Assembly: GCA_010015585.1 (NCBI GenBank)
Contig: ML975154.1
DNA: 64,000 nt
Direction: 5' to 3' (one strand)
Source of the DNA: Eremomyces bilateralis CBS 781.70
Taxonomy: Eukaryota
The position numbers and the translations under genes were made by a program. Shown here piece by piece: positions 22,701-34,600 of the stretch (its first letter is position 1; each line of letters opens with the position of its first letter). Under the pieces are notes generated by a model, which worked only from the letters and a program-made list of their open reading frames with translations, made no database searches and was not told the DNA's origin.

Positions 22701-23497
22701 TTATCACTATGTACTAAGATTGTACCACGGTATGACCACCTGTAACTGAGGTAAGACATATCTTGTGGCCTAGTTTAGGGTGCAGACCGTGCGGTTCCAA
22801 TTCACTGGTCCGATTCAAAGTTCGCTAGACCTGGCTCGTGGGATTTCTGTTTCTTTCTCGTGTTGGATTGCATGTCCTTTGCATGATCTTTTCTCTCTCA
22901 CTAGATCCCTCCAAGACGTCTAGGAAGTCAAGAGATTTACAAGTTTGCTTATCTTTCGCCGCTTGAATTGGCACTAAACGCTATATGCTTGTCCTTATGA
23001 CGTCTGCGACGCGTCGACCTTAACTCATTTCTATCATCGATTTGACCTCGAGATTTGCGCCATCCTCTCTCTTTCCAAACGAATCCCCTGAATCTCAGCC
23101 TTCATCAATCCCCGAACAGCTCGCTTCTCCTCGGGATTTGCCGAGTCGCAATAGCTCGCCATCAAGCCTCCTCTGCAGGATATTATATGTGGCTTGGAAT
23201 CTTACGAAATGGAATCGTAATAGCCTCACCCTGAAAAGCATATCCCCCCACTTGGAGGCTCTCACGTAACTACGCCCCACGATCTAGCCCGTCCCATCGA
23301 GCAGGTGCAATATCCTTACCCAGTCCGCCGCACGCGACTGAGGCCTGCATCGGAGACCCTTGGTTCTTAGGTCTGGTCTTGAGCATTGATCACGTCGATC
23401 CGCTATAAACCTGGCCTTCCCCGAATCATTTCAATCATTTTTATGATCTACATCTTATGCGACTCCATTGACATCTGATTTCGAAACATCGACAACG

Positions 23498-26164
23498 ATG
23501 TCTCAAGATGGAACTAAGTCCACCGATACCTGGACCAAAGTCGGCCGTGGGCTGGCGAAGGGTTTAGGAATCGAGTTGGAGGACCCTGTCCACAATGAGA
23601 GGGTGACGCGTGGTGAATCAGTCTTCTCGGTCACCAGCGCCGATACATATGTTGAAGAAGAACCAACCGTCGCCGAGTGGCTTCGACAAGTTGCTCCTAC
23701 CGGCCAAACTGTCGTCCAGTATTTCATCAACCTCTTCCCCTTCCTGAAATGGATCGGCCGGTACAATTTACAATGGCTCATTGGAGATCTTATTGCTGGT
23801 AAGGATCGCTGGGATTCTCAAAGGTTGACTTGGCTAACATGTTTTAGGCATTACTGTCGGCGCTGTCGTCGTTCCGCAAAGTATGGCATACGCAGAATTG
23901 GCCAAACTACCAGTCGAATTCGGACTCTACTCTTCTTTCATGGGAGTCTTGATCTATTGGTTCTTCGCGACCTCGAAGGACATCACCATCGGACCAGTCG
24001 CAGTCCTGTCTACCGTCACCGGCAACGTTGTCATTAAAGCTCAGGAGCAAATCCCAGATATGCCGCCATGGATCGTCACATCCGCCCTCGCAATCATTTG
24101 CGGTGGGATTGTCACCTTCCTCGGACTGGTGCGTATGGGATGGTTGGTTGAGTTCATTTCTCTCACCGCTATCACTGCGTTCATGACCGGATCCGCCATC
24201 AGTATCGCAGCAGGTCAAGTCCCTGCGATGATGGGCATCTCCGGCTTCTCCACTCGAGATGCCACCTATCAGGTGATCATCAATACGCTGAAGGGTTTGC
24301 CCCGGACGAACATCAATGCCGCCATGGGATTGAGTGCATTATTCTTGCTATATCTGATCCGCTTTACATGCGGCTACGCCGCACGCAAGCAGCCGCATCG
24401 TGCGAAGCTATACTTCTTCCTGTCGACTCTTCGAACTGCGTTCGTCATCCTCTTTTACACGATGATCAGCGCAGCGACGAATCTACACAGGAGGGATAAC
24501 CCTCGGTTCAGAATCCTCGGGAATGTGCCTAGAGGTAAGTGATGTCGGCAAACTACTAAGAAGGAAAGACGCTAATCACATTATAGGTTTCCAACACGCG
24601 AAGGTTCCCGAGCTTAATTCTACCATCATCCGCACCTTTACCAATGAAATTCCCGCCGCAGTCATCGTTTTGCTGATCGAGCACATTTCCATCTCCAAAT
24701 CCTTCGGCCGCATCAACAATTATACCATTGACCCGAGCCAGGAACTAGTCGCCATCGGCGTCACCAACCTGCTGGGTCCATTTTTAGGTGGTTACCCGGC
24801 CACTGGTTCGTTTAGTCGAACGGCAATCAAGAGCAAATCTGGCGTGCGAACTCCATTTGCCGGTGTTATTACCGCGATAATCGTCTTGTTGGCCATCTAT
24901 GCACTTCCTGCGGTCTTCTTCTACATCCCAAATGCCTCCCTTTCAGCTGTCATCATCCACGCTGTTGGCGACCTCATCACCCCACCCAATACTGTCTATC
25001 AATTCTGGCGGATATCCCCACTGGAAGTTCCGATCTTCTTCGCTGGTGTTTTCGTCACAATCTTTACCTCCATTGAGAATGGTATCTACACGACCATCGC
25101 GATTTCTGCTGCCATGTTGCTCTTCCGGATGTTCAAGGCCAAAGGTCGATTCCTCGGCAAGGTCAAGGTCCACTCCGTGATCGGAGACCATCTTCTGAAC
25201 CCGGATCAGTCGTCAGGAAAGCCTCGACTGAAGCAACTTCCCAAAGGCGATCCGGAGGAGAACACCCGAAACATTTTCTTACCGCTCGACCACAAAGACG
25301 GCAGCAATCCGACCGTTGAAGTCAGCGCGCCCTACCCAGGGATCTTCATCTATCGATTCTCTGAGGGATACAACTATCCCAACGCAAATCATTATCTCGA
25401 CTATCTCGTTGCCTCGATCTTCAAGGAGACCCGAAGGACCGACCCACATTCCTATGGCCGCCTCGGAGTACGTTGTTTCAACTCCCAACCCTTTATCCAG
25501 TCAACTAACATCATCACAGGACCGTCCATGGAACGACCCCGGCCCATCCCGCAGCGAAATGAAGCGAATCGACGCCGCCGGCGGTGTCGTCGAAGACGAG
25601 CGCCCCACCCTCAAAGCTATCATCCTCGACTTCTCCTCCGTCAACAACGTCGACGTGACCTCGGTCCAAAATCTCATCGACGTCCGCAACCAGCTCGACC
25701 GCTACGCCACCCCCGACCTCGTGGACTGGCACTTTGCCTGCATTAACAACCGCTGGACGAAGCGCGCCCTTGCCGCCGCCGGGTTCGGTCTCCCGACCTC
25801 GGCGTTCAAGGACGGCAGCGCGGGACACTGGAAGCCGATCTTCTCGGTGGCGGAGATCGGTGGATCGGATTCGGCGGCGGTGGCAGCGGATTACCGGAAC
25901 CGCGAGGACGAGGAGAACCAGCGGCGGGCGTCGGTGGTGGCGGCGCTGCCGGCGGATGCGGTGACGCGGCAGTCGAGCTCGGAGGACGACGCGGTGACGG
26001 AGGCGTTGGAGAAGACGCTGAGCTCGACGAAGGCGTATGGGACGGTGAAGACGACGGATCGGAAAGTCGCGGTGGTGCATGGGTTGAATCGGCCACTGTT
26101 CCATATGGATTTGACGAGCGCGTTGCAGGCGGCGATCGCGAATATAGAGGGGAAGACGGTGTAG
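23498..26164 (+). CDS. Sulfate permease (SulP/SLC26 family with C-terminal STAS domain)
   Basis: Exons 23498-23798, 23848-24534, 24587-25467, 25520-26164 with canonical introns. Motifs GDLIAGITVGAVVVPQSMAYA, FGLYSSF, ATSKDITIGPVAV, YPATGSFSRTA, IILDFSSVNNVD. Confidence 0.95.
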
Positions 26165-26734
26165 ATGGGGGAGATGCTTATTTTAATTTACTTTGAGATA
26201 CCTCTGGATGATACGCAGATAACGGCTGTGGATTCCGTTTCTTCACGCAGGAAATTATAATTGTCCTAGCATGCCTTTGTGCTCCGATTTCTGTAGAGTA
26301 TCACTGCATGTTCAAGTGTGTAGACAGTGATCGCTTCCATTGTTCCTGAGTTGTCCATTCCTTTGGATGGAACCTTCGAGGCTGCCTGTTCCTGTGCCCA
26401 CCGCTGCAAATCTTGTAGACCAGTAGGCGTCTCTACGCACCAAGCATTGTTATCTAATTGCTTGACTTTCATTCCTACGAATTTTTAAGCAGTACGTAAT
26501 TTCACCCCCTGGACGAATCCAACCGGCTGGTTGACTGTGCTGCTTCAATCGGCTTGGGCGAACCCTGTCCATCGCGCTAGTCCCGAATCGGAAAAACAAA
26601 AATTCATTAAAATTCAAACTTCATCTGCACCATCTCAACCAACTTTGACTACGAACACCACCTGTATCCGAACCAATATTTCTATAAATTCACAACTGTA
26701 TCAATCCCAAGGCTGTATTCAGTCTCAAGATACA

Positions 26735-27901
26735 ATGGCCGAACCCGACACCACCCTCAAACGCAAGCGCGATGAAGACTTCGAACCCATCGAAGTCGAC
26801 CTCTCCCTCCCCACCCCCTCCTCCAAAAAGGCCGCCCGCAAAGGCAAGAAGTCCGCCCCCACCACATCCTCCACAACCCTCGAAACTACCGACCCCTCCG
26901 CCCCTGAACCTAAGAACCCCAACCACACCCGCTCCCCCTACGGCATCTGGATCGGCAACCTCCCCTGGACCACCACCAAGCCGCTCCTCCGCGCTTTCTT
27001 TAACGACAACGGCGTCCTCGACGCGGTCATCACCCGCGTGCACCTCCCACCCCCCAAGAAAGCCGACCTACCGCACCCGAACTCCGTGCGGCCGCCGCCG
27101 CAGAACAAGGGGTTCGCGTACGTCGATTTCTCGTCGCAGGAGGCCCTCGACGCCGCGCTGGCGCTGTCGGAGAAGGAGCTGGACGGGCGGAACGTGCTGA
27201 TTAAGAATGCGACGAACTTCGAGGGGCGGCCGGCGGTGGTGAAAACGGAGAATGGGGCCGAGGGGGGGGCGCAGAGTGCTGCGGATCCAGGGAAGAAGCC
27301 GAATAAGCGGGTGTTTGTCGGGAATCTGTCGTTTGATGTGACGAGGGAGGATCTGTTGGAGCATTTTGGGCAGTGTGGGGAGGTGGCGATGGTACATGTC
27401 GCGACGTTCGAGGACTCAGGGAAGTGTAAGGGGTATGCGTGGGTGACGTTCGAGGAGCTGGAGGGCGCGGAGGCGGCGGTGAAGGGGTGGGTGCTGGTGC
27501 CCGAGGAGGGCGAAGAGTCTGAGGAGGAAGAAGAGGACGAAGAAAAGGAGGGAGAGGCGAAGGTCAAGGTGGCGAAGAAGATGCGCCGGAAGAATATCAA
27601 ACGGATCGCCGGCCGGCCGATGCGGTGCGAGTTCGCGGAGGACGCGGAGACGCGGTATAAGAAGCGGTATGGCGGACCGAAAGGGGAGCGGAAGCCGTTC
27701 GCGGCCAATGGTGGTGGTGCCCGTGAGGCGGGCTCAGGCGAGCAGGAGGGCGGCGATGTGGCGCGAGCGGAGAACTCGTATGCCGGGAAGCCTCACGAGA
27801 AGAAGAATCGGAAGTCCAGAGCTCCGCATGTCGCGGAGGCGCCGATGAGGGCGTCCGTGGCAATTGTGGAGGGGGCGGGGAGGAAGACGACGTTTGATTG
27901 A
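26735..27901 (+). CDS. NOP13: Nucleolar two-RRM RNA-binding protein, Nop13-like
   Basis: ATG 26735. IEVDLSLPTPSSKKAARK; RRM1 IWIGNL...NKGFAYVDF; VLIKNATNFEGRP; RRM2 VFVGNLSFD...ATFEDSGKCKGYAWVTF; ends GRKTTFD. Confidence 0.85.
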   Translation: MAEPDTTLKRKRDEDFEPIEVDLSLPTPSSKKAARKGKKSAPTTSSTTLETTDPSAPEPKNPNHTRSPYGIWIGNLPWTTTKPLLRAFFNDNGVLDAVITRVHLPPPKKADLPHPNSVRPPPQNKGFAYVDFSSQEALDAALALSEKELDGRNVLIKNATNFEGRPAVVKTENGAEGGAQSAADPGKKPNKRVFVGNLSFDVTREDLLEHFGQCGEVAMVHVATFEDSGKCKGYAWVTFEELEGAEAAVKGWVLVPEEGEESEEEEEDEEKEGEAKVKVAKKMRRKNIKRIAGRPMRCEFAEDAETRYKKRYGGPKGERKPFAANGGGAREAGSGEQEGGDVARAENSYAGKPHEKKNRKSRAPHVAEAPMRASVAIVEGAGRKTTFD

Positions 27902-28120
27902 TTGATATTATGAGATTTCGATGAGAGAGGGAGAGGGTTGGTTGGGGGGTGTTTAAAAATCATCGGGGAAGACGCGTGAAATTTCCACATCGTATATAAA
28001 TACAACTTTCCGCGCCGCTGAGACGCAGGTACGCATTGTCTTGCATAACCTACATGCATGCATGCCCTTGACTCCAAGTAATCTAGTACAGCAAGGAAAC
28101 TAATAACCAACCGGAATATC

Positions 28121-30604
28121 TCACCCTCGTGCCCTGCTCCCACTCCCCTCGCTGCTATCCTCCTCCGCGTCGCTCAACTCGACCTTCTCATCCTGGTACG
28201 GCTCCTCATCCTCCTCACTAAACAACTCCTCCTCACTCTCCCCCGCAAACGCATCATACAGCTCCCCCGCCCTCCTCCTCCTCCCCTTCCCCCTCCGCGC
28301 AATCATCCCCTCCCGCTCCCCACTCTCCTCCTCATCCGGCAACACGTCAAACTCATACACATCCCGTGGATTCCGCCGCTTCCGCCACCGGATGACCACC
28401 AGCGCGATGCACAGCCCAATCACGAACGCCACGATCAGCCCCATCGCGGCGTAGATCCAGATCTGCGTTTTCTTGGACACGCCGAAGGTGGGAAAGGGGG
28501 AGGGGAGGAAGGAACTGTCGGGCACGGCGCTGGGGCTGGCGGATGGGTCCGCGCCGATGATGCCGGACGCCTCGGGCGCGTCGCTTGGAGGAGCGCCGGC
28601 GGAGGAGGGCTTGCTGGGTCGGTCGATGTGGTCAGTGGGGTTCCCTGGGACCGAGGTGACGGGCGACCCGCCGACAGACGTGGTGTCGGGGGACGCGGTG
28701 ACGGTGGATGGGTCGTCGTCGTGGTCGCTGTCATCGCCCGGGAGGGGCATCGGGAGGAGACCCTGCTTGTCGGCGTCGATAGATTCGCCCCAGAGTCGGA
28801 GTTTCCAGTCCTGGAAGGTGCCGGCGAACTCGTTGACGTGGCGGTCTTTCACGATGATGGTCCAGGTGCCGACGCCGGATTCGCCCCAGTGTACGACGCT
28901 CATGAAGGTCCAGTCGACGTAGCCAACGGCGGCGTCGTCGCGGGGGCGGTCGACGGAGAGGTAGGAGACGAGGCCGGTAGGGGAGTGGAGCTCGACGGAG
29001 AGGTCGCCGCGGCGTTGGTGGGGGACGTTCATGGTGACAGTGATGTGCTCGACGCGCTCGAAGTTCGCGTCCTTCAGCATGTCTTCGGTGACGTCGAAGG
29101 ACGACGCGAGGCCTTGGTCGCCCTGTGGGAGCCCGTGGCGGACGTGGATCCATGGGCTGTGGAACCAAGCTTGCGGGTTGACGACCTCCCAGGACTTGGC
29201 GAGGTCGACGATGGCGTAGGCGTCGAGGCGGCCGTAGCCGTATTGGTGGTGGAAGCGGCGCCCGAGCGCGGTGTCTTGCCATTCTTCCGGCTGGCTGCCG
29301 TCGTAGAAGGGTTGTGCGGTGAGGATGGTGAGGTATTGCATGTCGCGCCAGGTGAGGTCGGGTCGCTGTTCGAGGACGAGGGCGTACACTCCCGCTGCGA
29401 GAGGGCCGGCGGCCGATGTGCCTCCGTGACCTCGTGTACAGGTGTCTTTTCCGACGTCGGTGGTGTGGATGGCTTCTCCGGCGCCGGAGCTGTAGGTGAC
29501 GACGAGCTGCGCGCTGCATTGTTCGGAGTAATAGGGATGTTGGTTCATCTTATCGATGGCTCCGACGGTGATGCTATAGATACTGTTTGTATAGCCGTCG
29601 AAGTTGCAGTTGTCGCCATTTGAGGCGCCGTTGCCAGCGGCAAAGACATATATGGTGCCCTTGCCTTGGCGGCCCTTTTGAACGGCGGTGACAAAAGCCC
29701 TTCTGATCAGGATTCCCGGACCTTCCATTGTCCTCCCATCATCCGGAGGACCCCATGAACATGAATAAATGTCATTATCTTGAAATCCAAACGTAACCGA
29801 CTCCGCTTCATCGATATCGGAAATGGGCTTGCTGAGGATGCGGACCCCCGACACCCTCGATTCGTAGGCCACGCCAACACCACAGACATTGTTCCGGACC
29901 GCCGCCACCTCGCCTGCACACCTGGTCCCGTGCCGATCGTCGGAAAGGCGCGGTTTCGGTTCGTCGCTTTTGTCGTTAAAGTCGTAAGAGCCCGCCGCGA
30001 AATAATTGTCTTTCAAGTCGTCCGAATCCAGGTCCAGCCCGTCGTCGATAATGCACACCGTCGCATTCTTGCCCGTGATGCCTTCCATCCAGACTCCGGT
30101 CACATTGAGGTCGTTGCCCACTTGGATAGGGTTATGTAGATGCCATTGATCTCCGAAGATGGGATCCTTAATCCCGAGGCTGCCTGCGTAGTCCACGATC
30201 ACACGCTTCGATGGGCTTTCCACGACGGGGAGCGCTGATCTCTTGAATAGCCGTTGGCGCAGCGCTTGTTTCTGGTTTAATAGCACTCCGTCCAAGATAT
30301 GTCGTTCCGTATCCACTTCCCGCTTCCTCCTCCTCCACTTTAATTCTTCGACCGCATCATCGACCACGTCCGCAATGTGCCGTGGCGCACTGAAAACGTG
30401 GTGTCCATCCAAGGCGCCAACCTCCCCCTCATAGCGCAGGTTCAAGTGTGACGCGAAATCTCGGGGCGATGTTGAGCCATCCAGATGGACGGCATAATAA
30501 TCGTTTTGTTCATGGTCCCGCGTATTGCGTACCTGATGCGCTGAGGCAATGGAAGGGACGGCCGTCACCCAAAGGGAGAGCGCCAGGAATATCCGAGGAA
30601 TCAT
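28121..30604 (-). CDS. KEX2: Kexin (Kex2/KexB) proprotein convertase
   Basis: Signal peptide; prodomain ending RLFKR; catalytic IIDDGLD, RHGTRCAGE, AAGNG, HGGTSAA; P-domain (EHITVTMNV..RRGDL); Ser/Pro linker; TM; acidic tail with YEFDVL, resembling the yeast Kex2 TGN-retention tyrosine motif. Confidence 0.97.
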   Translation of the reverse strand: MIPRIFLALSLWVTAVPSIASAHQVRNTRDHEQNDYYAVHLDGSTSPRDFASHLNLRYEGEVGALDGHHVFSAPRHIADVVDDAVEELKWRRRKREVDTERHILDGVLLNQKQALRQRLFKRSALPVVESPSKRVIVDYAGSLGIKDPIFGDQWHLHNPIQVGNDLNVTGVWMEGITGKNATVCIIDDGLDLDSDDLKDNYFAAGSYDFNDKSDEPKPRLSDDRHGTRCAGEVAAVRNNVCGVGVAYESRVSGVRILSKPISDIDEAESVTFGFQDNDIYSCSWGPPDDGRTMEGPGILIRRAFVTAVQKGRQGKGTIYVFAAGNGASNGDNCNFDGYTNSIYSITVGAIDKMNQHPYYSEQCSAQLVVTYSSGAGEAIHTTDVGKDTCTRGHGGTSAAGPLAAGVYALVLEQRPDLTWRDMQYLTILTAQPFYDGSQPEEWQDTALGRRFHHQYGYGRLDAYAIVDLAKSWEVVNPQAWFHSPWIHVRHGLPQGDQGLASSFDVTEDMLKDANFERVEHITVTMNVPHQRRGDLSVELHSPTGLVSYLSVDRPRDDAAVGYVDWTFMSVVHWGESGVGTWTIIVKDRHVNEFAGTFQDWKLRLWGESIDADKQGLLPMPLPGDDSDHDDDPSTVTASPDTTSVGGSPVTSVPGNPTDHIDRPSKPSSAGAPPSDAPEASGIIGADPSASPSAVPDSSFLPSPFPTFGVSKKTQIWIYAAMGLIVAFVIGLCIALVVIRWRKRRNPRDVYEFDVLPDEEESGEREGMIARRGKGRRRRAGELYDAFAGESEEELFSEEDEEPYQDEKVELSDAEEDSSEGSGSRARG

Positions 30605-31642
30605 ATCCGTTTAGGATGCATCGGTGTTGATATGTGTCGAAGTCGAGAGAACCCGCGAGGTGGAATATATCCCGATATGTCACCTCGACAGATGAATAGA
30701 TCGGATGGCTAGGGGGTTGAGCAAAGGTATTGCACCCAGTGCAGGCAGCAGAAAGACGATTCTCGGCGATATCAGATCAGCTGGGAGAAGAGAGAGGGGT
30801 AGAATTATTACAATCTTTAAGTGGAAGCAACAAAATATGGAATAGGAAGACACCGCATTGAGGAATTTTCCAGGAGCAATGCGGATTTGGCTGGGATTCT
30901 TATTGATACTCAGCCAGTATCATGATGGAAGTCAAGTGTCCTTTAAGAGGGAGTCCATTAACCTGCCGGACCAGCAAGAAGGGGCGCCACAATAGACGCC
31001 ACAATGGACTCAAATAGATTGGGCTGACTCAGCACTCAACTCGTGTACCGGTGTACGGTACTACGGTGGTCGGTCAGTGACGGTCACTCACTTCGGTGTA
31101 TCGGTGTATGATCATATGATGTGTCATGTTTATGTGGCTATGTGGCGGTGCAAGTGGGCAATGTGGCTTGATCAATGCCAAGTTCTAGCCGTCCAAACAG
31201 TCCAATCATATCCTAGATCTCTCCACCCCCTGTCCTCCTTCCCGCCATCTCATCGTGCATTTTGGAGTTTATGGGGCATTTCCTGGCATTTCCTGGCCAT
31301 CCATCACTTCATCACTGCGCTACCTGGCGCATCTCCATTTACCAGCCACTCAATAATGAATTTTACGATGTTATGATCTTTGCTATACCTGGCTTCCCCT
31401 TCCGATGTCTTTCTGTCCCGATTTTTCGTCTTCGCAATGAGTTGAGCGTCACTGTCGCAACCCGTCTACCAACGACTTGAATCTCACCCTTTGAAGACAC
31501 TGATATTGTGAACGGCATCTTTGCATGTCCCCCGCTTATTGATTCCTTGAAAATATCTGACCCTGCTATTCATAGTAATTGAAGTAGTTTATTCCCTTGG
31601 TTTAATTGATACCCGAAAGCTGCACATATCCATCTACTCGTT

Positions 31643-34600
31643 ATGGACCAACGGAGAAGCAGTGGATCTCGCCCGGAGCGAGTGCCTGTACCCGCGCAAG
31701 TCCGAAAGAATGCATATCAACACCAAGAGGAGCCTCGCTACCATGGAAAGGCACCTGCGACCGGCGGTGAAGAAATGTCTTATGTTCCGGCTCGCTCCAA
31801 TTCGCATCGTCGAAGGGATAGCCAACTCTACTATGCTCTAGAAGAACTGCCCGCTGCACCCGATGCTCCTCGAGGAGGACCGCCATTGTCGTACAAAGAC
31901 TCTGTTGGCCCATCTGCATCTGCGCCGGTTCGACGGCGCAGTGATCCTAAATCGTATTCCTCACGTATCGCAACGCAACCTCCGAACATCGATACTGGCG
32001 CCACGCGACACCGAGATCCTCCGTTCGAACCGGTTTCCCCGGAAGGACAAGCGACATCCTCTAGTATGCGTTTAGCGAACCCAAAAGACCGCGTTGCGAG
32101 CGGCGAAACCGTCGCGAGAAGGGGATCCGTCCCCGACAGATCGCCGCTGCAAAAGCTAGAGGGCAAACTTGGGGACATCAGTAAGGAAGAGAAGCGTGCT
32201 CGGATTGCCGAAGCGGAAATACGAGCGAGGGAGGCTAGAGAACGGTCCGACGCGAAGAAACAAAGGTCGAGGCAAGCTACACGAGACGCCCTTGAGAGGA
32301 CAACGGGAGGCAGTGAACAACAAAATTTAGTGCCTTCCCGAAGCGATAAACCCAGACGGGCCGCTACGATGCCAGTGAGAGGAAATATGGATCCAGGACC
32401 AGTTCGTGATCCTGAAAGGGAGCATGCTCCAAGCCACCATGATCAGACCGTGCTTCCTCCTCCGAGGCGATCCCAAACCCAAAGGTCGGTTAGTGGGCCT
32501 AGTCAACAAGTCCCTTATGCTGTGGAGCCTGTTGATCAATATGCGCCGCAACCAAGAAAGAGTGTCTCTACAAAGCCGCGCCCAAGCAGTGGAAGACACG
32601 ATTACGAGCACAAAGAACCGCGAACCCCTCCGCAAGGTGCTCTTGCAACTGGAGCGGCAGGTGCCACAGGATTAGGTCTCTACGCATCCCAGGACTCGCC
32701 AAATCAATATCACGCCCACGAATCACCGAACGTAACAGTCGCACGAAGCGGAAGCAAGAAATTGCAGAAGCAGCCTCCCCGCCCGAATAGTTATGTATCT
32801 CGAGATCCGGGACCGTCATCTGCCCCAACTGCACCTCCACCCCAGAGAACTGTATCCCAGGGCTATGACCCTGCATATCCTCCTAAACCTAGCGTGACAA
32901 GCACACGAACCGGTCCACTACATGAAATGAGTCAGTCGAAACATCGGGACGCACCGCTCCCGGCACCAATGGCACGAGACAACCATCTTGTGCCTCCCAA
33001 GCAACCTGGACAACACCATCATCACTTCCTCCACCGTCATGATGAGCCAGAGAGACGGTACCAGAAAACCCCGACCATTGAAGAATTTCGGAGAGCGGGA
33101 ACCGCAACGCTGGTCATCGATGACTTCCGCCTGGACAATGCCGCTCCAAAAGCTGGAGTTGATAATGACCCGTGGTGGGAGAAGAGCACTGGATCACAAC
33201 GCCGTCGGCACTCCGGTCAGGCTGCCGCAGCACCCTACGACACTTACGAAGGACCGTATAAAGACGAAACGGGAAGAACACTGTTCAACCCTCCGCTGTA
33301 CCTCAAGAGTGGCCCACTGCTAAGATATTGTGGCATCCAACGGGAACAGACAACAGCTCGAAATGGAGAACTTCTCGAACATGAGACATGGCGCGGCACC
33401 ATCATGATCGTCACGATCGACAACCAGTCCACCTACACCACCCCTCCCACCCTCCGGCTCTTTAGCTCCCCAACCGAACTCCCCCCACCACCCCCAACCC
33501 ACCTCGACGCCACCAACGGGCAACAACTCGCCCCCGAATACGTCGACCCTATCGCCGGCGCCATCAAAGGCAGCCGCATCGGCAAAACCCTCTACGTCCG
33601 CCCCGTCGAATACCTCCCGGAAGGCATCGACCTCTCCCGCGTCGAAGACGATTCCGGCCTTTTCGAAGAAACCCCCTCCCCTCCCCCCCACGGCCAAGCC
33701 ACCCCCGGCGCCACCCGCACCCAAAAACGCACCCGCGACGGCGACCACCTCGGCAGATACCGCGAAGTCAGAGCCGTGCGCCTGCACGCGGAGCGCGGCG
33801 TCACGTTCTGGCGGTTCCACCTCGGCGTTGAGCTCGGAACGCGGGCGGCGCGCGTGGCGTATCGCATCAACCGCGGGCCAGCGATCCCATTCTGGGTGCC
33901 GGCGCGCGGTGAGTCGATGAACATCATGTTCTCTTCGTGCAACGGGTTTAGCGTCTCGGTGGATCCACGGGAGTTCGGCGGGCCGGATCCACTATGGCGG
34001 GACGTGTTGAATGCGCATACGCTGCGGCCGTTCCACGTGATGGTGGGAGGTGGGGACCAGGTGTATAATGATCGGGCGACGGTGGAGACGGAGCGGTTGG
34101 CGGAGTGGTGCGCGGTGAAGCGGCCGGGGGCGAAGGAGGATTGGCCGTTTAGTGCGGAGATGCAGGAGGAGTTGGAGGAGTTTTATCTGAATCGGTATGC
34201 GATGTGGTTTTCGCAGGGGCTGTTCGGGATGGCCGCGGGGATGATTCCTATGGTGAACATTTGGGATGACCATGACATAATCGACGTAAGTTGGAGACAT
34301 ACTTCTCCTAGGTAAGTTTCACGATACTGACGTTGGCTAGGGGTTCGGTTCATATCCGCACCATTTCATGAGCTCTCCAGTGTTTTCCGGCATCGGAAAC
34401 GTCGCTTACAAATACTACATGCTTTTCCAGCATCATAGTCTTCCCCAAGAGCTAGAGAAAGACGAGCCGTCATGGATCCTCGGAGCAGAACCTGGTCCTT
34501 ATATCCAGGAGCTGAGCCGGAACTTGTTCCTGTCTTTCGGGAAGCAGATCGCGTTCCTGGGGCTTGACTGCAGGACTGAGAGGATGCGGGATTCAGTCTT

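Noticed and set aside
22997..23006. ATGACGTCTG upstream of the sulfate permease as a CYS3/MetR site
   Set aside because: Only a partial match to ATGRYRYCAT; not distinguishable from chance without conservation data.
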